A DNA stretch of 56,293 nt, the filler included, from Sphacelaria rigidula (taxonomy: Eukaryota): assembly GCA_964200075.2 (NCBI GenBank). It is 4 parts of 4 records of this genome, joined end to end, with 100 filler letters (N's around TTAATTAATTAA, not from the genome) between each part and the next. Parts side by side here need not be neighbours in the genome. Positions count along the whole stretch, not along the records: positions 14,101 to 28,098 come from CAXNAA020002525.1; positions 28,199 to 42,196 come from CAXNAA020002526.1; 2 more parts are not named here. One strand, given 5' to 3'. This document shows, piece after piece, positions 25,116-37,520 of the stretch (positions are counted from its first letter, which is position 1; each line of letters starts with the position of its first letter). A program made the position numbers and the translations under genes. Below the pieces are notes generated by a model. The model was not told the origin of the DNA. It was given only the letters and a program-made list of their open reading frames with translations, and ran no database searches.

Positions 25116-26014
25116 GATTTTGCTACTTTGCTTGTGACTCTCCTGGTGAAGGTTACCACGCGTACAAAACATGTCATATACTACCGAGATTGTGTCCACC
25201 GCCCTCGTCCCTAGTTTTGTTTCAAAATATCTTGAATTGATCTCGAAATATAGGTGTATTATTTGTTTTGGTGATCAGACAGCATTTTTTACTCTCCTGC
25301 CATTTGCTTCGCTCCCTTTACTTCCAACTGTTAATAGTCGTCGGGTCTGAATCATCGGGCTACTGTACAGATAAAAAACAGAGACGGTTCCGGGCTAGCA
25401 AGCCATTACCCGCTCAACTCTCATCTGCCATAGCTCGCAAGGCAGCAGTGTGGGGTGTATCATACTGCCGAACAGTACTCATACACGAGCTTTCAGCGGT
25501 GGATCGGGCGGTACTGAGATATGAACATCGACAGCGAGTTATCTGAGCCGGCGAGGCTCCTGCTTCTGGTATCTCTCCTCGCAAAGGACCGCCTGATTTC
25601 GCACAATGGTGAGCTCAAACACGAGAGATCTTACAAGAATAGAGACGGACCGCCTAATTCCGCATGGGTGATAATCGGTGATCGAGTATTTTACAGCCCG
25701 GGTGGTAAAATAAGTCGATCTATGTTTTCGCGGGAATTGAGGCGGCCACGCCCCCGGAACTCACTTCTGCGGAAGATATATCATGGAGGTATTCCGATGG
25801 ACGGAATTCTCTCGGGATGTCGAGATCTTGTATCTCCAGAAAATCAAGGTCCGACAAGACTGATGACTTGCGCGAGTGGGGCGGGGGTGCTTTACCCCGT
25901 TACCCGCCGTACGTGGAAGTTACGGGGTCGCGGTACGCGGGAAATTTATATCCAAATAGATTGCTCTGCTCCGCAATCGCGCTTCCAATTTTCTATTTTC
26001 CTTTTCCTTTGTTA

Positions 26015-27169
26015 GGGCCTGTCTTAGGCCGTGTCTTAGCACATCAGTTTTCGATCGAAAAAGTGCGTTGGGATTTTTTTTTCAACCATCTTCAAAATTT
26101 TCGACGATGGTTGATATTACGATCTATCTGATCGGGATTTTCGTTTTCCACCGCATATTTTCGATAAAAAACTAATGTGCGAAGACACGCCCTTAGTGCC
26201 TTTGTTTTTCGATCGAAAAAGTGCGGTCGATTTTTTTTTGCCGATCTGATAGGTCCACCGCATTTATGTTCCTCGAAGGCTTCACCTCAAAATTATAATT
26301 AGCGGCGCACGGAGAAGAATGCCAAGAGGTAAAAAACCGTACTGTACTGTTGTCACTACTCCTTTTCCCGACTACGCTGAATCCGATTCTTGCTTCGCTG
26401 TAATCCGGCAGCTCGATCCGTTGCAATATGTAACGATTCGTACCGATACACAAACCGCAGATCCCGCTACGCTCCGATCCTTCACTTTCGATAACAAATG
26501 AGCACGCCCCCCCCCTTCACTTTCGATCGAAACATGCAGTCGAAAGCTACGAAGCGGCCCTTGACTCCTATCTTACAGACCACCTCGCCAAATAACACCT
26601 GTTGACAGGACCATGCAAACTCCATCCAACTCATTCTCAGCTACCACCGCAACCCTGCAGCATAGAGCACGAGTTGAGCACAGGGATAGATACAGTAGTC
26701 GGGTGTGCTTTGTTTATTTTTGTTGGCGAAAACTTGCGCATCTTCTCTCATGGTAGGCATCAGGGACGGAACTAAGGTACGATATACAACCGAGTTGCGT
26801 ACACCCTCATGGACAGTGCAGGCAGTACAAAGCTGCACGTTACTGAAGTCCTTTTCACGTCGCATTGTAAGCAGAGAGAACTGATAGTCCTGGGCTGTCT
26901 GCACTGCACGTTGTCCGCTTCTCCTTTATATCCTCCTGCACGAAACACACACACACGTACTCAAGATACCCTTCTTGCAAGCAGTGCAAACAGTACAGAC
27001 TGTACTTTACACGAGTGACCATGTACATTTTCACGAATTTCACTGTCTGTTTTTGATCGAAAGCTTGAAAATCCATCTGCACCCAACTGCATCAAAACGA
27101 GAAATTTCGCTCAGATCGATTCCACCGCCCCATTTTTTCGATCGAAAAAAAAAGTGCGAAGACAGGCCC
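26015..27169. mobile_element. PIF/Harbinger-like non-autonomous element (~1 kb)
   Basis: TIRs GGGCCTGTCTT / AAGACAGGCCC with flanks TTA / GTA. The internal 26221-27169 region is homologous to 34021-34770 on another contig. Confidence 0.8.
26027..26192. mobile_element. 166-bp PIF/Harbinger-like MITE nested in the left TIR of the previous element
   Basis: GGCCGTGTCTTAGCAC / GTGCGAAGACACGCCC with a perfect TTA TSD (26024-26026, 26193-26195). Confidence 0.85.
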
Positions 27170-27325
27170 GTAGGCTACTTGTTATTTGTGTATCGAAAAA
27201 AATATAACTTACTGAAAAGTGCTTTTTTGACCCTTCTCCGTCGTTTTTGCCCCGAGAAGAGGGCTCAGCGGATGTTGACACCTCAGTCCGTTCCGGAACA
27301 CCTTCGCGTTTTCCGTAGGTCACAG

Positions 27326-27525
27326 TGTAGTGGGTGAGAGGACCGCGTGCTTGAAGGACCGCACCGTAGCTCGAAACACCTCAGTCTCGACGTTTTCCCT
27401 ATCGGGCCAGTCCCTGCAGGTACCACGATCCTGACCCCAACACAAACCCTAACCCTAACCCCAACCATAGGGATATTCAACTTCCGACGCGGTCCTCCAA
27501 GCACGCGGTCCTCTCACTCATTACA
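27326..27525. mobile_element. 200-bp MITE with TGT..ACA ends, 4-bp TSD and internal telomere-like repeats
   Basis: ~37-bp TIRs TGTAGTGGGTGAGAGGACCGCGTGCTTG / CAAGCACGCGGTCCTCTCACTCATTACA. ACAG on both sides. AACCCTAACCCTAACCCCAACC at about 27445-27466. Confidence 0.8.
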
Positions 27526-28098
27526 ACAGTTTCGTTCTTGGCCAAAAATTAGACAGTGCAGTTATGGGTAGGAATTGCAGATGTTCGGTACTATATTCAT
27601 GGAAAGTGCAAGCTGAACGCTACATGCGTCAGAAGTGGCCGGTAATCCAACGAGTCATACAGTATCAACAGAAAATACAACCGTCACCTACGAATGATGA
27701 TTTGGGTCACAGGAAATGAAATATATTTCTAGTACATTTATTCAAGTCTGGGAGTGGTCGGTGTTGAGGTGATTTTGTTCCTCCGGAAAACTAGCTCCAC
27801 ATCAGTAGATGGACAATCTTGTTGCACTAGCGAGTCTCCTGCCTTTGTCTGTACCAGTCGGGAAGCACACGCCCCCGAGCTGCCACCCCACGTTTACCGT
27901 CATCGCGAAGATAACAAGACGAGGGCACGAACAGCAGCTGTTGTGGCCGCTATACACCAACGTAACTGCAGTGAATGCGCACGGCGACTATCCTTTGATG
28001 TGTCGAACTACAGAGGGAGAGTTGACAGAAGAAAGACAAAGCTGGCGGCTGCTTCATGTCAGGGCTCCAGTGCAGAAAGGTCCTCTAGATCTTGTGTG

Positions 28099-28198
28099 NN
28101 NNNNNNNNNNNNNNNNNNNNNNNNNNNNNNNNNNNNNNNNNNTTAATTAATTAANNNNNNNNNNNNNNNNNNNNNNNNNNNNNNNNNNNNNNNNNNNN
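28099..28198. other. Artificial contig-joining linker
   Basis: N44-TTAATTAATTAA-N44. Confidence 0.97.
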
Positions 28199-28370
28199 GT
28201 GTTGTTTTTTGTGTCCACAAAGATACACCCCCCACCGATATGACCTCCCCCCCCCCCCCCCCCCTCCCTCTCCCCTCCCTCCCTCTCTACCGGTGCTCCG
28301 TCCCGAAAGGGATACGTGGTCAATGGTCAAACGACCTAAGGCACGCAACAACTGAGTACGCCCCCTGCCT
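28199..28370 (+). repeat. Interspersed repeat (GTGGTCAATGGTCAAACGAC family) at the contig start
   Basis: AGGGATACGTGGTCAATGGTCAAACGACCTAAGGCACGCAACAACTGAGTACGCCCCC matches the reverse complement of 42130-42196. Confidence 0.75.
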
Positions 28371-28834
28371 CCCCTGCCCCCCCTGCCCCCTCTCCGCCTC
28401 CCTCTCTGTCCCCCCCTCCCCTTCTCTCTCTCTCTTCCTCCCGTTCTTTCTCTCCCTTCCTCCTCTCATTTATTTCTCTCTTCTTTCGTTCTTTCGCTAT
28501 TTTTTGATCATGCCGTCAGTTGTTATGTGTCTCCTGCAGCGCTCGTTGTTGAGAGTTGCCCGATTAGTGTGGCCCTCAGATAGCTGAGTCGCAACCTGCT
28601 TCTAAGGCCTCGTTTCGTTTCGTTTCATCCTGCAGTTTACGCTGCTCTCTTCCGTCATCTTTCCCGCTTCCGCCTTTCGAGTCTCCTCCAGCGCGTGTTT
28701 CTGTGTCTTAAGCGTGGGCGCGTCCATCTTTTGACTACGGCTGAATACGTGGCGAGGAATGTACTGCGCGACAATCGACCAATCGATCAATCATTCCCTG
28801 ACGTATCACTCCACCGCGCCGTTTTTCGCCACAG

Positions 28835-31800
28835 CGAGCTGCACATCTGTAGAGGTCATCGGAGCCGAAGGATTACTGTCAGGGATCTACGACCTTGATG
28901 GATACTCGGGCTCATACATCCGGTACGGTGGCGTCTCTGTCTACGTCATTGGAAAAGATAGCAGCGACACCTGGTACTTGGGAGAGGGAGCTGCTGTGGT
29001 ATTTGCCAATGATGACTACCCCTACTACTACGTGAGTCAGTCGAAATAGTTCAGGACAGCAAGTCTTGTGTGTGTTCGGCTTTCAAGGTTATCAGTGCAC
29101 GAGGACCGGGAGGCATCCGCGCCTGTGGTATGTCGATTGACTTGCTTCGGTTTGTGTTTCCCACGTACAGGGAGCATCACACCGTGCTTCGTGTATCGCA
29201 TCTGATATACACTTTCTGTCGTGGCCTAGGATTGCGGTATTCGTGCAGATATTTCGACAAGTGATTTGGTAGAGTTCTCTACGCTCATGTAGGGCATACG
29301 AAGTTGTCGCTGGTTTTAGTATTGAGAATATCAGGCTTGCATCCCATTTTCCACAATTTCGTAGCACAGAATGCCACGTGAGGCTTGAGGGAAGTACTGT
29401 CTATCCCGTTCCATATACACCTGATTAAACACGGCCATCAATAACCAATAACCACCCTGTAGAGTCTATAAGGAACCTACGAGACATGTCAGCGCCGTGT
29501 AGATATCCCGCAAAGTCTAGCGTGTCCTTGGACAGCGAAGCACTGTCTACGTTCCCTCAACTTCTTCACCCGGGGAACAGGTCCCTCATGTCCAGGATTG
29601 AAAACTGAATACTATACTTAAAACTGCGCTGTCTGTGTTGTGCTTTATTTTTCAGTCGTTTTTGCACACGCGACAGCAACTTGGCGAAGACGTGAGGAAC
29701 CGACACGGATCTAGTACCTGACGAACTCGCTTGCACCACCGCTTGAGTCGCCTGCTATTATACGCCGACATTAAGAGAACTTCGTACTTCAGAAGCCAAA
29801 CTGTAGCAAACGAAGACACCTCCACGTTTTTTCGCAAGTACTCCATTCCGCACTGCTTTTAGCACAACCCTCATGGACCGACGTATTAGGCAATGGGATA
29901 AACAACTCTCAGTAAAGGTGCTGCACGCGGGTGTCTTGGTGAATATTGTGCCATCTGCAGTATTGTACTGTGCTTGGTTTCAGTTGTATCAATGTGCTTG
30001 ATTGTGTCAATGCAGTGTATGTGTAAGTAGTATATGATGCTGTGCGCGAGACGGTAAGTTTGCACTAGCATAGTCTAGCTTTTTCGTTGTTCATGGAGCT
30101 GCCTTCGAATTATTGGCGAGAGAACATATGGCAATATACGGAGATGAAAGTGCACGGAGGAGAAACACATCGACACTATCCAGGACGTAATCTCACACTA
30201 TATTGAATTGTTGAACACAGCGCAATTTTCGATAGTGGATAGGGTAACCGGCCACGCAGTTTTGAATGGCCGGGTGTGACGTGAACATAATCCGTTCCTT
30301 GAGACAACCGCAGGTGTTTGACGAAGCCAATCATCCAGTTGATGTAACGGAGCCATGGCAACTGGCCTCCGGCGTTGCCAGCAGCTCCGCCCCAACGAGC
30401 TTCTCCATTGCATGCGCAGGTAGGAACGGGTACACTTTTGGCTCGTGGGTTTGGTTGGTCATGCATGACTATAGAATGGGAGCCGAGATTTCGTCGCGTT
30501 TACCTTCGGTCGAATTCTCCTTAGGTTCGGTACATGGCGGATACCTGTAACTTCGTGGTGTCCGGTACAGCCTACTTCAAACAACTCCAAATCGTCTCTC
30601 TGCATTCGTCTATTCCCCTGTGCCAACGTATCCTTTATTTATGTCCCTTTCAGATGATACTTCCGCGGAATCATGTGAGGACAAAAGGTTGCGAGTACGA
30701 TTCCTTCAGGCGTAGAAGACGCGAGGCTGCGATTGTCGCAAGGGCCTATCTCGGTCGCCAGTGTGTTGCGCGATATTCAACACCGTCTAGCCGAAGATCT
30801 CATCGCTCGGGAAGCGGCACCGTGTTGTACCAAACAGTTTCCATGCTAAGCCGCAATACGGACAGAGACCTATGTTGCCGACGCCGAAGTGGAGATACGT
30901 TGCGGGTGTCTGCACAGCACGCGTTATCTATTTCGCATTGCGTAGGATAGGCTGAATATCTGTTGAATTAAGCGTTTCACGGCCACGCACCCGCCCCAGA
31001 CGCCAATACGTATTCATGGCGTGCCGTAGGACTGTCGAGGAGTTAGCATGTTCGTCCTTACCTCCTACATTCCCCTGTACGTTTTCGCCGTTGGTTGTCA
31101 TCAGCGAGCTGCACAAATACAGTGGTGGCAGGAGCCGAAGATCGTTTGTCGGGGACGTACTACATAGACGCAGATTCGGGCGCCTATCTTCGCTACGGCG
31201 GTGTCGCTGTCTACGTCCTTGGAAAGTCTTACAATGGCGCTTGGTATTTGGGAGAGGGAAATATTGTGGCGTTTGCCGACGATGACTACCCCTACTACTA
31301 CGTGAGCCCACGAATATACCGGCTGTAGCTGAACGTCGCTGTATGTCTGCCCGTACGCGTGCTCAAGCAGACCTTGCTCCCTCAAGATGCACTGCTTCAA
31401 ATCCGTGTGGGTGTTGACTCGCTAGCCGGTGTTCGTTTTCGATGTATGATGTGGATCTTTTGACGTAGAACGTGCAGCTGATGCTAAACAGCAGCAGGGA
31501 TGTGCCGTACCTTAGCGTATCTTGTTGATTGTCATGTTCACCACTCTAGGGCAGTCTCTCGAGAAACTCGTGTTGTACCCCGCATTCAGAGTTCAAGACA
31601 GTGTCTAGTACGGTGCATTCGAACCAATTGTGTTAGTTCTTACAAGGGGAGGGGATGAGGGTGGCCAAGAGATCCTCTCGTTCATCCTTCAGCGTGCGGT
31701 GCTAGTTAGATGACTTTACGTTTCTGAGGTGCTCCCTGTCACTAATGGTCGATGCATCTGAATACGATACCACAAAAGAGTCGACACAGCAGAGCGCCTT

Positions 31801-32371
31801 ACTTTTTTTCGTGTCGCGTCGCAGGTGTATGACAAGGTCGAACATCCCGTTGATATCACGGAGGAATGGCAGCTTGTTTCGTCCGCAACCATGACGGGAT
31901 CCGCGCCCGCATCCTACTCCGTCACGTGCGAAGGTGGGTATTGGCCTGTTGTCTTGACGACCGTCTGTGCTTGGGTGTGATACGTACTGTAGGGAGTTAG
32001 GTCTCACTGGAATGCATGCGCGCATCCGGCAACGCGCGATGTTCAGACTCAAAAACATGTTTTCGTGTTTAGGCCATTCATTCCCCGTGTAGGTAGGGCG
32101 CTGATATGGCCCGGTTCGTGTGATCTACCGCTGGCCGTGCTCCGCTTTTTTACGTGCATTCGCGGTTTGTGCCGCCCCCCGTCGCCTTCCTTGCATCTGA
32201 AATCGTTGAGCTTGACGCTAGCGAGGGAACTTGTGGATGCCACAGAAGGCGTGCGATATGAAATTCGACGAGCCGACGCACGTATTTGCGTCCCGATGTC
32301 CCGTGCCCTCTTTTTCACTGCCGGTATCGCGTTGCCTGCAGACGCGAGCACCGTGGAGACTCCTGCAACAT
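28835..32371 (+). CDS. Partial gene: protein with two tandem ~100-aa Cys-flanked, Tyr/Trp/Gly-rich modules (probably extracellular)
   Basis: Exons 28835-29031, 30314-30419, 31105-31301, 31825-31933 and probably 32342-32371, all GT-AG with junction phases 0,1,0,1. Exons 1 and 3 are paralogous (both 197 nt, ..WYLGEG..DDYPYYY), as are exons 2 and 4 (V.D...HPVD.TE.WQL.S..SAP.S.S..C). Confidence 0.8.
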
Positions 32372-33289
32372 GTGAGATCGAATACTATACCCTATAATAG
32401 TTGTACGTAACTACCAGGCAAGTTGGAGTGAGAAATCGCTCAAGTGGTGTCACTCGTGTCCCACACATCGCCGAGTCAGGTGTGAGGACTGTTCTTTGAG
32501 GAGTGTGTGGGTATTTTGGTATGGGACAAAACGTCCACGGTGAGTCAGTTCGAGGCGCAAACATAAAGTGTTGTTCAGCTGGCGCTCCCTCGTATCTCAC
32601 AGTCGGCATGTTTTGGGGTAAATATAGCCTGATAAAGCGATCAGCCTTTTATGGTTTAGAGTCCACCATAAGGTCGGTTTGGCCTTTCATATGGCCGTCA
32701 ATACCGCCTGTTCAGCCTGACGAAGGTTGGTCTTTGTACTTAAGAGGGTTGATGTTGATATATGAGCGGGGAGATCGTCGGCGCCGGGAAGGCTTCGGCA
32801 TGACGTGCTCTGTTCTACTCGTCGATCGCCAGGCCGTGTCTCATCGTGACAAGACACATCAAATCCCAACATCGCATCCGCTTTTGATTCGCCTCTGCAA
32901 GGCCACCCCCTAAAGAGATATCTTTGGAGGTGATTTCTGGTCGCTGGAATGTCATCCCCGCAAAGGTTTCTGGACCTTTGTCTTCATATGTGCATGTTTC
33001 CCATCTGGGCTCTTTGAAAAACCGCGTTGCTTTTTGAGGATAACAAAAGTGCGGCACACAGCCGCTATGCTGTGTTCTGACTGACATCTCCATCAAACGC
33101 GCCGTCCCGCGTCATATGAGAGGTGAGTTCAGACACGTTGTTACGATTGTCGAGTGGAAACTATGTGTCAAAGAGTCACCATGTACGAATCACAGACGAG
33201 AAAAATACACGTTCCAAGTAGTATCACGGGAATGACGAACGTTATTATGTCCGCTTCAAATAGTGTCACACGAAAAAATAGTATATAAC

Positions 33290-33500
33290 ACGTACGAGTC
33301 ACACTTATTGTTCGAATCAGTTTTGACAAAAATATGTATTTGATTCATGCCGCCCGAATCGCCTGTGGGAAATATGTACGCATGATTTATGCCGTATGAA
33401 TGACAGATGGGAAACAGGTACATATGATTCATGCCGTACGAACAGCAGGAAGGATACATTTACATATGGTTCATGCCGTATGGATGACAGACGGGGAATA
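33290..33500 (+). repeat. Degenerate tandem repeat (ATGATTCATGCCGTA.GAA)
   Basis: Motif recurs at about 33341, 33382, 33424 and 33466. Confidence 0.65.
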
Positions 33501-33504
33501 TGTA

Positions 33505-33860
33505 TGCTCGATCGGGTATTTTCAAATGCCAGACCTATAATACCCACGATACCACGGTATTTCGAGATTTCAATACCTACCGTACCCGTCCGATCGGGTA
33601 TTATCGAATGTCGTACCTACGATACCTACGATACCACGGTATTTCAAGATTTCAACACCTGCCGTGCCCGCTCAGTCAGGTATTTTCAAACCCTATACCT
33701 CCGATACCTCCGATACCACGGCATTACGAAATTTCAATATCTACCGTACCCGTTCAGTCGGGTATTTTCAAAACTTATACCTCGTAGCTACGATACCTAC
33801 CCATACCACGGTATAGGATACCCCGGTAAATACCGGGGGTATATCTGGTAAATACCGGAC
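33505..33860 (+). mobile_element. ATACC-rich MITE-like repeat with ~76-bp internal units (5'-truncated copy)
   Basis: Repeated CGATACCACGGTATTTCGAGATTTCAATACCTACCGTACCCG units ending in CACGGTATAGGATACCCCGGTAAATACCGGGGGT, as at 35091-35123. Confidence 0.8.
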
Positions 33861-34020
33861 GCAATGCACTCCCCACGGTGCAACAGCTGGTCCCAACTTA
33901 CACGAAGATCATAAGTTGTGGGAGCAGGTACGGCTTGTTTTTACAATATATATACCCAGACTCTCTCTGATTTTCGTGTTATAATCAAATCGAATGTTAT
34001 CATTTACATGTAATCTGACA

Positions 34021-34770
34021 TGCGGTCGATTTTGTTTTTCGATCTGATAGGCCCACCGTATTTCTGTTATTTGGAGGCTTTAACTCAAATTTATGGTGAG
34101 TGGCGCCCCGAGAAGAATTGCAAAAACAATGAAGCTGAGGCTTTTGGATCGAAAACATGCGGTCGAAAGGCATGAAGCGGCACTTTACTTCTACCTTTTA
34201 TAGACCGCACCACGCCAGAGAACACCCGTTCACAGAATCATGCTAACTCCATCCAACTCATCCTCAGCTACCACCGCAATCCTGAAGCATCGAGTACGAA
34301 TCGAGCACAGGGATATATACGCTTCAGAAGTTGGGTATGCCTTGTTTACTGTTTGTTGGCAAAAACTTGCGCATCTTCTTTCATGATAGGATCAGCGACG
34401 AAACTGCGGAATACGGTGGGCAACCGAGTTGCGTACACGCTCATGGACAGCGCAAGCAGTACAAAGCTGCACGTTATTGTTGAAGTCCTCTTCAAGTCGC
34501 ATTGTAGGCAGAAAGAACTGACAGTCCTGGGCTGTCTATGCTGCACGTTGCCCGCTTGTCTCTGAACTCCTACTGTACGAAACACGTACACACGTACTCA
34601 AGACACACTGCTTGTCACACACCATGTACCGTTTCACGAATTTCACCGTCTTTTTTCGATCGAAAGCTTGAAGATTCACTTGGACCCACCTGGACATGAA
34701 TGAGCGATTTTCGCTCAAATCAATTCCATCGCCGCCTTTATTCGATCGAAAAAAAGTGTCATGACACGCC
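34021..34770 (+). mobile_element. Second, 5'-truncated copy of the PIF/Harbinger-like element
   Basis: Colinear similarity with 26221-27169. Ends CGATCGAAAAAAAGTGTCATGACACGCCC. Confidence 0.8.
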
Positions 34771-34814
34771 CTGAAACGCTTCTCTCCACTGCCGCATGTC
34801 AGTATTGAAACTGA

Positions 34815-35159
34815 TATAAAGGGTAAGGCAGGTACCCGGTACTGGGATCTGGGATATATCATACGCTACCGATACCGACCCGATTGGATATTGTAAAATG
34901 CCATACCTACGATACCTACGATACCACGGTATTTCGAGATACTCGTACCTGCCGTACCCGCTCAATCAGGTATTTCCAGACATAATACCTTTGATACCTA
35001 CAATACCACGGTATTTCGAGATTTCAATACCTACCGTACCCGCTCAATCAGGTATTGTCAAAACTTATACCTACGATATCCACGCACACCACGGTATAGG
35101 ATACCCCGGTAAATACCGGGGGTACGCTCGGTGCACGGTACCTTATCTACGGTTCTCGT
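34815..35159 (+). mobile_element. ATACC-rich MITE-like repeat, near-complete copy
   Basis: Starts GGGTAAGGCAGGTACCCGGTAC and ends TACCTTATCTACGGTTCTCGTG, which is the inverse of the CACAGGCACCGTAGGTAAGGTA end seen at both window termini. Confidence 0.8.
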
Positions 35160-35259
35160 GGTCTTTCTCTTTCGTTTGTTAATATGGCGTTCCACCTGTA
35201 CAAACGCGCGTGAACCGATCATCCGCAAAAAACAAAATTTTGGCTGTTTTTTCAACACC

Positions 35260-37520
35260 CGATGATAGGATAGACAACAGTAGCAGCAACCTTTCTCCAC
35301 GAATTATTGGGCAGATTCGCTTCGTTTGAGATCAGCGAGCGACGTCTACGATCATCCTTTCGTGGCGCTTCAAGATTTCGTTTTACTGTGGAGTATACGT
35401 ACGGTGCTGTGAATCGAATTCCGGTCGTTTCACAGTACATCCACAAGTAGTCTGTGATACCCTCATTTATATGGCCAAATCGTTGGCGAGCACTCGAAGC
35501 CCCAAGGGAATGGCCTCATCTTGAGAGTTGTTGGTGGTTCGTTTTTTTTCGGTGTGGTCAGCACTTATAGCCATGCACCTATATACGCATAACACTCAGT
35601 CTTATGTTCCAAGCGTTTCCTCTCACCGTTGAAAAAGCTGTCGAACCTTCGTGCTTCTCCTCATCAATTATTCCCGTAGCGTATGCTGTACCGACGCTCA
35701 TACCCTCTCCAGGAATAGCTGTAGCCGTGAGGGCCGAGCTGGTATTGAACTTGCTCGATTCTCGAGTAAATCTTCATTCATATGTTGCATCGTGTCCTAG
35801 AACTATCGATGGTAATTGAGATGAGAAAGTGCCGACGTCTACATGGGAGTTCACTGAAAAGACGGTAGATACATCCTTGCTGAGGACTTCAAAAGGAAAA
35901 GGAAACGCTTCCTTAGGTCTGGAACGATGACTGCTGTCAGGCGCACAGAGCGGTCAGTGTCATTTGAGTCTGTGACAATGTAGCAAAAAACTTCTTTCCC
36001 CGTTTCATGTTAAAGTCTGCCTCCTGCTAATGTGCATATAGGTGGATCTAGCTTGACTCAGTCAAGCATCTCGCGTTCGACTTCGGGGAGTAGTTAGCTA
36101 TCCACAAATTGTCCAGAGGCTCAAATGTCTACGATAACTTGAACGACGTTGACACTGGTTTCTGGTACTCACTTGTGAACAAGTCATCTGCAAGACAGTT
36201 ATATTCTATACCGCTTGGTGAAGAAGGTAAATCTGTGACAGTCGTTGCTGAAGGTGCACTCGTTTGCTTAAAATTGGTGGTGGACGGTACTGTAGCTGAC
36301 GCTGGATCTATAGTAAGGGTAGTCGCCTAATTAGTAGGTCAAGTGTTGTAAATGGTGCGGGAGCGCGGTTGTATCTATGGGTGTGGTCATTGCTACCATT
36401 GCAGTTGTTATTCCCGAAGCGATTATTATTACGGTTGGCCGTGGTACTACCCACACACCTGTCATTCATTTGATCCTTCCATTGTGAACTATCATGTCGA
36501 TCACTTTTGAGCATACTGCACCACTTTACCTGTCTACCAATATTGTTGGGTTGTTTTCTAGATTGGTCATCACGCATGAGATATCCTGGCTTCCACAGGG
36601 AAAGTATTCGCTTTGTATTTATTTATCACCAATTCTGGAGAACCTCAGGTGATGCCGCAAACATAGCACTCTCTCGCCCATGCTGCTTTCTTGCTGATAC
36701 TCCGCGCGCTACGCGGTTGATATATATGTTCCGTATAATTACGTATACTTCCCCTAGACTGAAGTCAGGATCTCTTTTAGCGTTGTGCTTGATTTGAGCA
36801 TAATCGTCCGTAACGCCTCCGATGATTATATGAGTAAGACGTTCGGCGGGAATAGTATTTCCCATATGTACCGATTCGTCCCTCGCTGATAAACTCGTGT
36901 TGAAGATACATTGGGGACTTGACCCTGTATCATGGTTGGGATTATCGAATCGCCGCATCACAAAACGGCGCCTTGGGACGAACTTTGGCATTTTGAGGTC
37001 AATCCGTCCCCAGAATTTTGCCGTTTGTGGATATACATGAATCCTTCTGCTCAGATCTAAAAACGTTAATGGCAGCTGGGCTGGTTGTGCTCAAATACAA
37101 GATATTGAAAAGCGGTTTTATTACAACGATAGTGCTGTCTGTTTTCCTGTTTATTCCGATTGTTATCTTTGATCTTACGCTGAAAGCTGCGCTACCCATG
37201 GCTCCGTCTCCAAGATCTTGACTGGATGAGGCAGCTGCTCCTGCTGGCAACGCCCGTTCTGTTGTTGCTGATGTTCCCGCTTCTACTGATGTTTGAAGGC
37301 CTCGGGGTTATGTCGCCATGGAGCTAACTCTCGACGCAGTTCCCGTACTGGGCTGTGTATTCCCTACATCACATCGACTGTCATCGCATTTTCTGCTGGA
37401 TAGTTTCCTCCATTTACAATGCACGAAATCCCACGATGAGTGAGTGAAATGAATGCGCGCGTTGAGCGCTTCCATTCAAGGAACTTCGTTCCATCAAACG
37501 TACTCATGTTCTTGATAAGC
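35260..37520 (-). mobile_element. Decayed Ty1/copia LTR retrotransposon internal region (gag, protease region, integrase)
   Basis: Minus-strand fragments in copia order: DGTKFLEWKRSTRAF (about 37495), ERLTHIIIGGVTDDYAQIKHNAKRDPDFSL..RNIYINR (36626-36991), KWCS..KS..HD (about 36510), and integrase-like YCETTGI..F.APY and NEANLP..W...AAT (35270-35445). Many stops and frameshifts. No LTRs or RT recognised. Confidence 0.75.
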
